Shown here one piece after another: positions 27,601 to 37,726 of a stretch of DNA of 64,000 nucleotides. The translations under genes were made by a program, and so were the position numbers. The notes under the pieces are model-generated. The model was given only the letters and a program-made list of their open reading frames with translations. It did not search any database and was not told the DNA's origin. Origin of the DNA: a virus; the IMG/VR virus record IMGVR_UViG_3300037847_007805, positions 15,410 to 79,409 of that record; one strand, written 5' to 3'. Positions within the stretch are counted from its first letter, which is position 1, and every line of letters starts with the position of its first letter.

Positions 27601-30600
27601 AACGCTTTCTATTCCTGTGGCAAGTGCAACTAAAACAGGTAAATTATCAAATACAGATTGGACTACATTTAATTCTAAAACAACCTGTACAGGAACTGTA
27701 ACAAGTGTTTCAGGCGGGGCAGGTTTAACGGGAACTGTAACAACTTCAGGCTCTATTTGTGTTGATTATGCAGGTGCAGATAATATAATTTTAGCAAGTC
27801 CTTGTACAGCTACAGGCACATTAGATGTCGATGACTTTATTATGATAAATAATTGTAACACAAATAATGTTACAAAATCAGCTATATCTAATTTACCTTT
27901 CTCAAATTGTTCAGGAACTGTTACAAGCGTAGGTTTAACCACAGGAACAACAGGTACTGATGTAAATGTATCGGGAAGTCCTGTAACGGGTAGTGGGGAC
28001 ATTACCTTAAATATACCCGATGCAAGTGCAACCTCAAGGGGTGCTTTAACAAGTACAGATTGGTCTACATTTAATTCAAAAACGACTTGTGTTGGTACGG
28101 TTACAAGCGTAGGTATTACAAGTGGTGGTGGATTAAGTGTTTCAGGTAGCCCTATAACTACAAATGGAGATATAACTGTTACAAATACAGATAAAGGTTC
28201 TGACCAATGCATATTCAAAACTTTTGCAGTTTCAGGTCAAGATGATATTGTAGCCGATTCTAATAGTGATACTGTTACTTTTGCAGGTTCAGGTATTGCG
28301 ATTACAACCGATAATACTACAGATACAATAACATTTACAGTTACCGATGCAGGTGGTACGGTTACAGAGATTTGTGGTGCGGTTGGAACTTCAGGAAGTG
28401 ATTTTAACGTAACAGGAAGTCCAATAACGACAAGCGGAACTCTAACCTTTAACCTTCCGACAGCGAGTGCAACAAAACGAGGTGCTTTATCAAGTTCAGA
28501 TTGGACTTCATTTAATTCTAAAGTAGACGATGTAACCGCAGGTGCAGGTATAAGTGTAACAGGTTCGGGTACTAAAACCGTTACAAATACAACCTGCATA
28601 TTTAAAAATATAGCTTCAACAGGTCAATCCACTTTAGTTGCAGACAGCTTGACTGATACGGTAAATATAGAATCAGGAACAGGGATTTCTATAACTACAG
28701 ATGATACTACTGACACCTTAACTATAGCAAACACACTTAGTGTATCTGATTGTACAATCTGTATTCAAGCAGGTTCAGGTCTTGGTGGTGGTGGAGATTT
28801 TACCTTAAATCAAAGTTCAGGTGAAACTGTAACTTTAACAAATGCTGACAAGGGTTCTTCCCAATGCATTTTCAAAAATATAGCTGTTTCAGGTCAAAAC
28901 ACAATTTCAGCAGACAGCAATGCCGACACACTTACTTTTGCAGGTTCGGGTATAGCAATTACAACTGATGATAGTACAGACACGGTTACGTTTACAGTAA
29001 CAGATGCAGGTGGTACAGTAACCTGTATAAATGCAGTTGCTTGTAATACAGGTTCAGATATTTCTGTTACAGGAGTTCCAATTACCACAAGTGGAGAAAT
29101 ATGTATTAACATACCGACAGCAAGTGCAACTAAACGAGGTGCTTTATCATCTACAGATTGGTCTACATTCAATAGCAAAACAGATTGTACGGGTACAGTT
29201 ACAAGCGTATCGGGTGGAGTAGGTCTTACAGGAACAGTAACAAGTTCAGGAAATATAAATGTAGATTACTTAGGTACAGACAATATAATTTTATCAGCTA
29301 CAAATTGTGAAGGTGCTTCAGCTTCTTCAGGATTTACATTACTATTAAATGATGATTCCACTTGTAATGTCGGAAGATATGAATTAAGTGATTTACCATT
29401 TTCAAATTGTGGTGGAACTGTTACAAGCGTAGGTTTAACAACTAACGAATCAGGAACAGATGTTTCAGTATCGAACAGTCCAATTACAAGTAGCGGGGAT
29501 ATTACCCTATCAATACCGATTGCAAATGCGACCAAAACAGGTAAATTATCTAATACAGATTGGAGTACATTTAACGCAAAAACTACTTGTGTTGGAACAG
29601 TAACAAGTGTAGGAATTACAAGTGGCGGGGGCTTAAGTGTATCAGGTAGTCCGATTACAACAAACGGTGATATAACCGTAACAAATACAGATAAAGGGTC
29701 TGACCAATGTATATTTAAAAATATAATAGTTTCGGGTCAAGACACTATATCTGCCGAAATAAATGATGATAGCTTAACCCTTATTGCGGGTACAAATATG
29801 TCTATCTCAACAAATTGCACTTTAGATTCAATAACCTTTGCTTCGACAGGAACAACTTGCACAGGAACAGTTACAAGTGTTGGGCTTACAGCAGGTACAG
29901 GAATATCTGTTTCAGGAAGTCCAATTACAAGTAGTGGCTCTATTACAGTTTGTAATACTGATAAAGGTTCAGACCAATGCATATTTAAAACTTTTGCGGT
30001 TTCAGGTCAAGATGATATTGTTGCTGATTCAAATAGTGATACTCTTACTTTGGTAGGTTCAGGAATTGCAATCACAACTGATGACACAACCGATACAATT
30101 ACTTTTACTGTAACTGATGCAGGTGGAACTGTAACTTGTGTTTGTACTACAGCACCTTTAACAGGGGGTAATTTTTCTACTACGGGTACAATAGGTATTA
30201 CCGAAGCAGATTCAACAACAGATGGTTATTTATCATCTACAGATTGGAATACATTTAACGATAAAACCGATTGTACAGGAACTGTTACAAGCGTTGGACT
30301 TACAGCAGGTTCAGGTATTTCTGTTTCAGGAAGCCCTATAACAGGAAGTGGGTCTATAACTGTTACGAACTCTGACAAAGGTTCTGACCAATGTATGTTT
30401 AAGTGTATTGCTGTAGCGGGACAAGATACTATTGTAGCTGATAGTAACACCGATACTCTTACAGTTGTCGGTGGAAATAATATATCAGTTTTAACAAATG
30501 CCACAAGTGATACTCTAACTATTTGTACTATATCTACATCATGCACAGGTACTGTTACGAGTGTTGGTCTTTGTACGGGTACTGCGGGTTCAGATGTAAA

Positions 30601-33600
30601 TGTTACAGGCACACCTGTTACAAGTAGTGGTAACATAACTTTAAATGTTCCAACAGCGAGTGCAACGAAACGAGGTGCTTTATCTTCTACAGATTGGTCT
30701 ACTTTTAATAGTAAAACTGATTGTGTAGGAACTGTTACAAGTGTAGGTTTAACAGCAGGTACGGGAATATCTGTATCAGGAAGCCCTGTAACAAGTAGTG
30801 GCTCAATAACTGTATGTAATACTGACAAAGGTTCTTCGCAATGTATTTTCAAATCTATCGCAGTATCAGGACAAAATACTATTACAGCAGATAGCAATGC
30901 CGACACACTTACATTTGCAGGTTCAGGTATAGCTATTACGACTGACGATAGTACCGATACTGTAACATTTACAGTAACTGATGCGGGTGGAACTGTTACA
31001 GAGGTTTGTGCAGTTACAGGAACATCGGGTACAGATTTTAATATAGGTGGAAGTCCAATTACTACAAACGGAACTCTAACCTTCAATCTCCCTGTTGCTT
31101 CGGCTTCAGCTACAGGTAAATTATCTTCAACTGATTGGAATACATTTAATAATAAAACTGATTGCACGGGAACGGTTACAAGCGTTTCAGGTAGCAATGG
31201 ATTATGTGGAAGTGTTACAACTTCAGGAAGTATTTGTGTAGATTATGCAGGAGTTGATAACATAATTTTATCAGCAACAGACGTAACGGGTAATACTATA
31301 GGTTCAACCGATAAATTACTTATTTCTTGTCAAACTAATGGTAATGTTGGTTATTATTGTGTATCTGATTTACCATTTTCAAATTGTACAGGTACTGTTA
31401 CAAGTGTAGGATTAACAGCAGGTTCGGGTATTTCCGTTTCAGGTAGCCCTATAACGGGTAGTGGCTCAATGACTGTTACTAACTCTGATAGAGGTTCTTC
31501 TCAATGTATCTTTAAAACTTTTGCTGTATCAGGACAAAACGATATTGTAGCTGATTCAAATAGCGACACAGTAACTTTAGTAGGTTCAGGTATTGCAATA
31601 ACTACAGACGATTCTACAGATACAATAACATTTACTGTTACAGATGCAGGGGGTACGGTAACAAGTGTAGGATTGTGTACAGGAACTACAGGTACAGATA
31701 TAAATGTTTCAAATACACCTATTACTACAAGTGGTAATATAACTTTAAACGTACCAACCGCAAGTGCATCAAATCGTGGTGCTTTATCAAGTACAGATTG
31801 GAGTACATTTAACGACAAACTTGATGATGTTACCGCAGGTGTAGGTATATCCATTTCAGGTTCAGGAAATAAAACTATATGCAATAGTGATAGAGGTTCT
31901 GCACAATGTATATTTAAAAAGGTGGCAGTTTCAGGACAAGCTACAATTCAAGCTGACACAAATGATGACACGCTTACTTTTGCAGAAGGTACAGGCATTA
32001 CAATTACAACAAATGATACAACCGATACTGTTACGATAAGTAGTTCAATCGTTGGTGATATTACTTGCGTGGGTGCAGGTGCAGGACTAACGGGTGGGGG
32101 TAGCACAGGTGATGTAACATTATGCGTAGATTATGGTAGTACAGGTCTGATTGCAGATGCAACTTGTGTTGGTTCAGTAAGTAGTTCAGATTTCTTATTA
32201 GTAGGTTTAGCCGATAGTAGTTCAGGAGAAACAAGAAAAATTGAAATAGTTGATTTCTTCTCTTGTGTCGGTGGAGATATAACAGGAGTAACAGGCTCGG
32301 GTGGACTATGTGGTGGTGGAACTTCAGGTGCTGTAACTGTTTGTGTAGATTATGAGGGTGCTGACAACATTATTTGTACAGCTTCTTCATGTGAAGGCAC
32401 AGCTATAGGAACAGGTGATGCAATAATTGTTAATGAAGATGCATCAGATTGTGTTAGACGACATTTAGTAAGTGATTTACCATTTTCAAATTGTACAGGT
32501 ACTGTTACAAGTGTAGGTTTGACCGCAGGTTCAGGAATTTCGGTTTCAGGAAGTCCAATAACGGGTAGTGGTTCAATGACTGTTACTAACTCTGACAGGG
32601 GTTCTTCACAATGTATTTTCAAAACTATAGCCGTATCAGGTCAAAGTGATATAGTCGCAGATACAAATAGCGATACTTTAACATTTGCAGAGGGAACTAA
32701 TGTTACAATAACCACAAACGCTACAAGTGATACTCTTACTATTTCTTCATCTGCAACAACTTGTACAGGAACTGTAACAAGTGTAGGTCTTACAACGGGT
32801 ACAACAGGGACAGATGTAAATGTTTCAGGAAGTCCAATTACAGGAAGTGGTGATATTACTTTAAATATACCTACTGCAAGTGCATCAAATCGTGGTGCTT
32901 TATCATCTACAGATTGGTCTACATTCAATGATAAAACTGATTGCTTAGGAACTGTTACAAGTGTAGGTTTAACAGCAGGTACGGGAATATCAGTTTCAGG
33001 AAGCCCTATTACAAGTAGCGGGTCAATGACTGTTACGAACTCTGATAGAGGTTCTTCACAATGCATATTTAAAACGATTGCTGTTTCAGGACAAAGTGAT
33101 ATTGTAGCAGATACAAATAGTGATACACTTACATTTGTTGGTTCGGGTGTTACAATTACTACAGATGCATCAACCGATACAGTTACTTTCACAGCTACAC
33201 AGGGAGATATTACAGGTGTTACAGGAACAAGTGGTCTTTGCGGTGGTGGAACAGTAGGAGATGTTTCAGTATGTGTAGATTATGCAGGTACAGATAACAT
33301 TATTGCTTGTTCCCCTTGTACAGCAACGGGTACACTTTCTACAAGTGATTGTATTATGATTAGTAACAATGCTACTAACAATGTTACTAAAGCAACAATA
33401 GGTTTATTACCATTCTCAAATTGTCAAGGTGATATAACAAACGTAACAGCTACTTGTGGATTGTGTGGCGGTGGTGCTTCAGGTAGTGTATCAGTTTGTG
33501 TTGATTATTGTGGAAGTGATAATATAATTTTAGCCTCACCATATCCTGCGTTTGTAATCAATTCAAGTGATAAAATTCTTACTACAAACACTTCTAATTG

Positions 33601-35962
33601 TTGTGTTTATCAAACAGAATTATCCTGTTTACCTTTTTCAAATTGTTCAGGAACAGTTACAAGTGTTTCAGCGAATGCAGGGACAGGAATAAACATAACG
33701 GGAGATACAACAATTACAACAAGTGGTGCATTTACTGTTTGTAATACTGACAGAGGTTCTTCTCAATGTATTTTTAAAACCATAGCTGTTTCAGGACAAA
33801 GTGATATAGTAGCAGATACAAATAGTGATACACTAACTTTTGTTGGTTCAGGTGTTACAATCACTACTGATGCCTCTACTGATACGGTTACATTTACAGC
33901 AACGCAGGGAGATATAACAGGTGTAACAGGTTCAGGCGGTCTTTGTGGTGGTGGCACAAGTGGTGCAGTTACAGTTTGTGCTGATTATGAAGGAAGCGAT
34001 AATATAATTTTAGCTACTCCATCTTGTTCAGGTGGTACTGTTAGTTTAAGTGATAAAATCATTACAACAAGCACTTCGGGTTCTCAGGCAGTTTGTCAAA
34101 CACCTTTATCGGATTTACCTTTTACTAATTGTTCAGGAGATATTACTTGTGTAGGTACAGGTGCAGGACTAACGGGTGGGGGTAGCACAGGTGCTGTAAC
34201 TGTTTGTGTTGATTATTTAGGTTCAGATTCAGTAGTAATGTCTGCACCTTCAGGAACAGGAACTATAGCACCTGATGATTTCTTACTTATTGGTAGAGAT
34301 AGTTCAGAATCAGGAAATTCTGATAGATTCCCAATAGAAGATGTGCCATTAAGTTGTTTTTGCAATGATAGTGGATTTACAAGCTGTACGGGAGATATTA
34401 ATACTGTAGGTGCAGGTGCAGGACTAACAGGTGGTGGTGCTTCAGGTAGTGTTGCACTTTGTGTTGATTATGCAGGTACTGATAACATTATTGCTTGTTC
34501 CCCTTGTACAGCAACGGGTACACTTTCTACAAGTGATTGCATAATGATTAGTAATAATGCTACTAACAATGTTACTAAGGCATCAATAAGTTTATTACCT
34601 TTTACTAATTGTTCAGGAGATATTACTTGTGTAGGTACAGGTGCAGGATTAACAGGTGGTGGTACTTCAGGAAATGTTACGGTTTGTGTAGATTATAGTT
34701 CTTCGGGTCTTATTGCAGATGCACCTATAGGTAGTGGTTCACCTGATTCAGATGATTACGTCTTAATTGGTAAAGATTCCACAGGTAGTGGTGAAACTGT
34801 TTCTTATCAGCTTACAGATTTGCCATTCAATCAAACCAATGCAACAGTTTGTTGCGTAAATCTTGTAAATGGGGGTGGAATGACAATTTCAGGAAGTCCA
34901 ATAACAACAAGTGGTTCTATAAGTTTAACAAATTCTGACCGTGGTTCAAATCAATGTATATTTAAGAATATAGCTGTTTCAGGACAAAGTACCATAGTTG
35001 CAGATTCAAACAATGACACTCTTACTTTTGCAGGTGGAACAAATGTTACTATAACTACAGATGCCTCAACGGACACAGTAACAATAAGTGCAAATGATTC
35101 TTGCACAGGGGACGTTAGTAGATGTGGAAGCATCACTTGTAACGATATAGCTTTATGGTGTAATAATACGGGGATTTATTCTTGTAATTGTTTTACTTAT
35201 TGCCCTACAACTTGTTCATTATTTGTTCATGGTGGAAGCGGTGGTGTTTTTGCTACTCCTGATAAAAACTGTCCATCTTATTCTTTTATTGGTGATACAG
35301 ACACAGGTGTTGTAAATTCAGGTGGAAGTGCTAATCAAGTTGGTTTCATGACAGGGAGTAAAAATGCACTAACTGTTACAAGTGGACAACAGCTAAAACT
35401 TGATTGCTATTGTGCAACTATGACAAGTTCATTAGGTTGTTCTATAGACCCTGACCAACAAAACTACTATCCGTGTAATGGCACAATAGCAGAAATAGGA
35501 GTAGATAGATGCGGAAATGTTGCAAGAGGATTTCAAGAAGCAACATGGAAATTTACACTTGCTCAATTAAATGCAGGGTTTGGTGGAAGTGGTCAAACAC
35601 TTTTACAATCAGCAGGTGCAGGAAAATTTGTGGTGATTCAGGAATCTACCTTTATGGGTGAATTTAATGCTGATTTTAGTAGTGCAAATAATAATATAGA
35701 AATAAGACAAGGAAATCAAAATAATTCAAATGCAACCGTTTCAATTTTACCCGCAACTCAACTTAACTTAATGGCTACTAATATAGCTACAAATGGAAAC
35801 TTTGGTATTTATAGTAGAAATGTACCTCAAGTTGGAAGGATATTCAAAGCTAATACACCTACTACAATACACTTAGTTAATAGTAATAACTTTCCATCAG
35901 GTCTTACAGCAGTATATATAAAATTAAGATATAGGGTTTATGACCAAACAAATTACATATAA
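24644..35962 (+). CDS. Giant Cys/Thr/Ser/Gly-rich repetitive fibre or spike protein (3772 aa)
   Basis: Many copies of CTGTVTSVG...SGSPITxSG, ASATxxGxLSSTDWSTFNxK, QCIFKxIAVSGQxxIxADxNxDTLT and VCVDYxGxDNII. Confidence 0.8.
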   Translation: MSIQVSLANDIKVVQGNGLAIFLDSDTNLLTLKDTNGCVQALDSYILQEGITEIIAGCCITGGGTSAIVTINHADTSSLDGDYGATGSQNGCYIKSVTVDGLGHLTGVTSANFDTRYLGICACACDSASLNALDPDYYLNFCNFFNVPPLGDITDVVAGDGLGGGGCCGCITLCNTDKGSDQAIIKRIADNSSTVFTASTNNDLFCIVGTGAISTSISGDTLTISSSTVANNCQIEVSAGTGLSGGGCFNLNQSSNCTLTINNCDRGSQQNIFKNIAVSGQNTIIAGSNTATLTLVEGANIDITTCTTDGSVTISSTQSAPNNCQIQITGGDGLGGSATFTLNQATNGSFSLCNTDKGSDQCFFQNIAVVGSCTITADSNADTVCLSAGTGITLTSDSSQDLITIGTTATGCTGTVTEVCVQSGTTGSDFNVSGSPITTSGTITLNLPIASATKTGKLSCTDWATFNSKTSCTGTVTSVGFCTAEGGTDVNVSGSPITSSGDITLNIPIASATKTGKLSSTDWSDFDAKVDDVTAGSGIAVSGTDTIEVTNTDKGSDQCIFKTFAVSGQNDIVADSNSDTLTFAGSGIAITTDDATDTITFTVTDAGGTVTEICGAVGTTGTDFNVSGSPITTSGTLTFNLPDASATSRGALTSTDWSTFNSKTTCTGTVTSVQIGGGEGIVATGTNPVTTSGTINLAVCLNELTTTTDNDCGCYFAVVDSSGVQSKLCKSNINNSGFNNDAGYTTCTGTVSSVGLSAGTGISVSGSPVTGSGTMTVTNTDRGSSQCIFKCVAVSGQTTIEADSNADTLTFAEGTGITITTDDSTDTITISNEGADGTVTCINFATDESGTNVGVSGVPITTSGTITLSIPEASATSTGKLTATDWSTFNSKTTCTGTVTSVGLTTGTTGTDVNVSGSPVTGSGNITLNIPTASATKRGALSSTDWSTFNSKTTCTGTVTSVGLATDETGTDVAVSGSPVTGSGDITLSIPVASATKTGKLSNTDWTTFNSKTTCTGTVTSVSGGAGLTGTVTTSGSICVDYAGADNIILASPCTATGTLDVDDFIMINNCNTNNVTKSAISNLPFSNCSGTVTSVGLTTGTTGTDVNVSGSPVTGSGDITLNIPDASATSRGALTSTDWSTFNSKTTCVGTVTSVGITSGGGLSVSGSPITTNGDITVTNTDKGSDQCIFKTFAVSGQDDIVADSNSDTVTFAGSGIAITTDNTTDTITFTVTDAGGTVTEICGAVGTSGSDFNVTGSPITTSGTLTFNLPTASATKRGALSSSDWTSFNSKVDDVTAGAGISVTGSGTKTVTNTTCIFKNIASTGQSTLVADSLTDTVNIESGTGISITTDDTTDTLTIANTLSVSDCTICIQAGSGLGGGGDFTLNQSSGETVTLTNADKGSSQCIFKNIAVSGQNTISADSNADTLTFAGSGIAITTDDSTDTVTFTVTDAGGTVTCINAVACNTGSDISVTGVPITTSGEICINIPTASATKRGALSSTDWSTFNSKTDCTGTVTSVSGGVGLTGTVTSSGNINVDYLGTDNIILSATNCEGASASSGFTLLLNDDSTCNVGRYELSDLPFSNCGGTVTSVGLTTNESGTDVSVSNSPITSSGDITLSIPIANATKTGKLSNTDWSTFNAKTTCVGTVTSVGITSGGGLSVSGSPITTNGDITVTNTDKGSDQCIFKNIIVSGQDTISAEINDDSLTLIAGTNMSISTNCTLDSITFASTGTTCTGTVTSVGLTAGTGISVSGSPITSSGSITVCNTDKGSDQCIFKTFAVSGQDDIVADSNSDTLTLVGSGIAITTDDTTDTITFTVTDAGGTVTCVCTTAPLTGGNFSTTGTIGITEADSTTDGYLSSTDWNTFNDKTDCTGTVTSVGLTAGSGISVSGSPITGSGSITVTNSDKGSDQCMFKCIAVAGQDTIVADSNTDTLTVVGGNNISVLTNATSDTLTICTISTSCTGTVTSVGLCTGTAGSDVNVTGTPVTSSGNITLNVPTASATKRGALSSTDWSTFNSKTDCVGTVTSVGLTAGTGISVSGSPVTSSGSITVCNTDKGSSQCIFKSIAVSGQNTITADSNADTLTFAGSGIAITTDDSTDTVTFTVTDAGGTVTEVCAVTGTSGTDFNIGGSPITTNGTLTFNLPVASASATGKLSSTDWNTFNNKTDCTGTVTSVSGSNGLCGSVTTSGSICVDYAGVDNIILSATDVTGNTIGSTDKLLISCQTNGNVGYYCVSDLPFSNCTGTVTSVGLTAGSGISVSGSPITGSGSMTVTNSDRGSSQCIFKTFAVSGQNDIVADSNSDTVTLVGSGIAITTDDSTDTITFTVTDAGGTVTSVGLCTGTTGTDINVSNTPITTSGNITLNVPTASASNRGALSSTDWSTFNDKLDDVTAGVGISISGSGNKTICNSDRGSAQCIFKKVAVSGQATIQADTNDDTLTFAEGTGITITTNDTTDTVTISSSIVGDITCVGAGAGLTGGGSTGDVTLCVDYGSTGLIADATCVGSVSSSDFLLVGLADSSSGETRKIEIVDFFSCVGGDITGVTGSGGLCGGGTSGAVTVCVDYEGADNIICTASSCEGTAIGTGDAIIVNEDASDCVRRHLVSDLPFSNCTGTVTSVGLTAGSGISVSGSPITGSGSMTVTNSDRGSSQCIFKTIAVSGQSDIVADTNSDTLTFAEGTNVTITTNATSDTLTISSSATTCTGTVTSVGLTTGTTGTDVNVSGSPITGSGDITLNIPTASASNRGALSSTDWSTFNDKTDCLGTVTSVGLTAGTGISVSGSPITSSGSMTVTNSDRGSSQCIFKTIAVSGQSDIVADTNSDTLTFVGSGVTITTDASTDTVTFTATQGDITGVTGTSGLCGGGTVGDVSVCVDYAGTDNIIACSPCTATGTLSTSDCIMISNNATNNVTKATIGLLPFSNCQGDITNVTATCGLCGGGASGSVSVCVDYCGSDNIILASPYPAFVINSSDKILTTNTSNCCVYQTELSCLPFSNCSGTVTSVSANAGTGINITGDTTITTSGAFTVCNTDRGSSQCIFKTIAVSGQSDIVADTNSDTLTFVGSGVTITTDASTDTVTFTATQGDITGVTGSGGLCGGGTSGAVTVCADYEGSDNIILATPSCSGGTVSLSDKIITTSTSGSQAVCQTPLSDLPFTNCSGDITCVGTGAGLTGGGSTGAVTVCVDYLGSDSVVMSAPSGTGTIAPDDFLLIGRDSSESGNSDRFPIEDVPLSCFCNDSGFTSCTGDINTVGAGAGLTGGGASGSVALCVDYAGTDNIIACSPCTATGTLSTSDCIMISNNATNNVTKASISLLPFTNCSGDITCVGTGAGLTGGGTSGNVTVCVDYSSSGLIADAPIGSGSPDSDDYVLIGKDSTGSGETVSYQLTDLPFNQTNATVCCVNLVNGGGMTISGSPITTSGSISLTNSDRGSNQCIFKNIAVSGQSTIVADSNNDTLTFAGGTNVTITTDASTDTVTISANDSCTGDVSRCGSITCNDIALWCNNTGIYSCNCFTYCPTTCSLFVHGGSGGVFATPDKNCPSYSFIGDTDTGVVNSGGSANQVGFMTGSKNALTVTSGQQLKLDCYCATMTSSLGCSIDPDQQNYYPCNGTIAEIGVDRCGNVARGFQEATWKFTLAQLNAGFGGSGQTLLQSAGAGKFVVIQESTFMGEFNADFSSANNNIEIRQGNQNNSNATVSILPATQLNLMATNIATNGNFGIYSRNVPQVGRIFKANTPTTIHLVNSNNFPSGLTAVYIKLRYRVYDQTNYI

Positions 35963-36050
35963 AAACTATTTTTTTTATTTATTATAATAAAAATTTTCTT
36001 AAATTGTGCATCTCTAAAAAGACATCAGAAACTAATTAAAAATTCAAAAT

Positions 36051-36500
36051 ATGATTTATTGGTTCACAGGACAACCTGCTCATGGTAAAACTACCCTTGC
36101 AAGAAAACTAATGAAATATCACAAAGATATTTATGATAACAAAATCAAAAGCATATCTATTGATGGCGATGATTTAAGAGAAGTTTTTAATAACAAAGAT
36201 TACAGCGAAAAAGGAAGAAGGAAAAACATAAAATTAGCACAAGATTTGGCTCTGTTTATGCATCATAAGGGTTACGATGTATATGTTTCTTTGGTAACTC
36301 CATTTATAGATATGAGAGAAGATTTCAAACAATTAATGAAATCTGAAATTAAAGAATTTTACGTTTACTGTAGTAAAGAAAGGGAAAGAGAAATGTATAA
36401 AGTAAAAGATTATCAGCCACCAAAAGATAACTTTACTTTGATTGATACTACTGAAGATAGTATAGAAAAATCTCTTTTTAAAATTTTACAAAATATATGA
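36051..36500 (+). CDS. cysC: Adenylyl-sulfate (APS) kinase
   Basis: IYWFTGQPAHGKTTLA, IDGDDLR, DYSEKGRRKNI. Confidence 0.8.
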   Translation: MIYWFTGQPAHGKTTLARKLMKYHKDIYDNKIKSISIDGDDLREVFNNKDYSEKGRRKNIKLAQDLALFMHHKGYDVYVSLVTPFIDMREDFKQLMKSEIKEFYVYCSKEREREMYKVKDYQPPKDNFTLIDTTEDSIEKSLFKILQNI

Positions 36501-37375
36501 ATATAATACTAAACATTCAAGGCGGTCTTGGTAAAAACATTTTAGCAACAGCTTTGGTAAAAGGAATTAAAAAAAGATACCCCAACTCCTTTCTAATCGT
36601 TATTAGTGGTTATCCTGATGTGTTTTTAAATAATCCGTCTGTCAGCAAATGTTTAAGGCATGACCAACAGGTAGGCATTTATAATAAATACATAAAAAAT
36701 CACGACACAAAATTTTTCATAATTGACCCTTACATGACGAGTGATTTTCAAAATGGAAAAGGACATTTGTTACGAATTTGGTTTGAATTGTGTGGTCTAA
36801 ACTATAAGGGTGAGCAACCTCAATTTTTTCTTTCTAAAGTCGAAAAACAGTATTATAAAACAGCATATCCAATAACAAAACCAATTTTAGCTATTCAACC
36901 TAATGGTGGGGCTAAAAATCAGGGTATGTATTATAATTGGGCAAGAGATATTCCTGAAGTTATTACTACAAAAATTATAAATAAATTTAAAAACGATTAT
37001 CAGATTGTTCATATAAAACGTCAAGACCAAATGTCGTTTACAAACACTACACAGGCTTTAGACAGTTTTAGAAGCATTGCATATTTAATATCCATATCTG
37101 AAAAGTGTTTGTTTATTGATAGTTTTGCACAGCACTTGGCTAAAGCAGTAAATAAAAAAGCTGTTGTGCTTTGGTCAGCAACAGAGCCTGAAATGTTTGG
37201 CTACGATTCACATATAAACATTAAAGCAAATAAATACACAAAAGAACCACAATACAATCATGGACACTATAAGCCTTTTGAACTTGTTGAGCCAATAGAA
37301 AAATGTCCTTATCAAGATTTATCTGAAATTTTTGATTATAATTTAGTTTATAACAAACTTTATTCGTATAATTAG
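36497..37375 (+). CDS. GT-B glycosyltransferase, GT9-like
   Basis: GGLGKNI at N-terminus; FIDSFAQHLAKA..KKAVVLW...FGY. Confidence 0.7.
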   Translation: MNIILNIQGGLGKNILATALVKGIKKRYPNSFLIVISGYPDVFLNNPSVSKCLRHDQQVGIYNKYIKNHDTKFFIIDPYMTSDFQNGKGHLLRIWFELCGLNYKGEQPQFFLSKVEKQYYKTAYPITKPILAIQPNGGAKNQGMYYNWARDIPEVITTKIINKFKNDYQIVHIKRQDQMSFTNTTQALDSFRSIAYLISISEKCLFIDSFAQHLAKAVNKKAVVLWSATEPEMFGYDSHINIKANKYTKEPQYNHGHYKPFELVEPIEKCPYQDLSEIFDYNLVYNKLYSYN

Positions 37376-37377
37376 TT

Positions 37378-37385
37378 TATTTTTG
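37378..37385 (+). promoter_or_regulatory. Bacteroidota-type -7 promoter element
   Basis: TATTTTTG in the gap before 37415. Confidence 0.45.
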
Positions 37386-37414
37386 TATTAGTTTTATAAA
37401 ATAATTTTAATATC

Positions 37415-37726
37415 ATGGCAAAAAAGATTCAAGAAACACAAAAAATTGAAAAAGAAGAACTTAAGGAGTTACAAGAATTAGTAGGTGCTACTACTGATGC
37501 AAACAACAGGATTGCACAACTTTGTCTTAACAAAGAAAGAACTTTTAGAAATCTTCAAAAGGAGTTTGATGAGAGCATGGAACTTATTGAACTTCAAATA
37601 AAAGAAGCTAATGAAAAGCAAGTTGAATTTGTTAAAGAATTAGACAGCAAGTACGGTCAGGGCAAAAGCTATGACCTATCCACAGGGGAAATAAAAGATG
37701 TGGAGAAAAAAGATGAAAGTAATTGA
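37415..37726 (+). CDS. Coiled-coil protein, possible fibre chaperone
   Basis: ELDSKYG...DLSTGEI terminal motif of the kind seen next to phage fibre genes. Confidence 0.5.
   Translation: MAKKIQETQKIEKEELKELQELVGATTDANNRIAQLCLNKERTFRNLQKEFDESMELIELQIKEANEKQVEFVKELDSKYGQGKSYDLSTGEIKDVEKKDESN

Noticed and set aside
25054-35136. Numerous minus-strand ORFs up to 323 aa inside the fibre gene
   Set aside because: They are antisense shadows of Thr/Gly/Ser codon repeats with Val/Pro-rich repetitive translations and no independent signals.
24644-35962. Genetic code reassignment as the cause of the Cys excess
   Set aside because: Cys is encoded by TGT/TGC, other genes have normal Cys use, conserved motifs translate correctly, and TAA, TAG and TGA all end genes.
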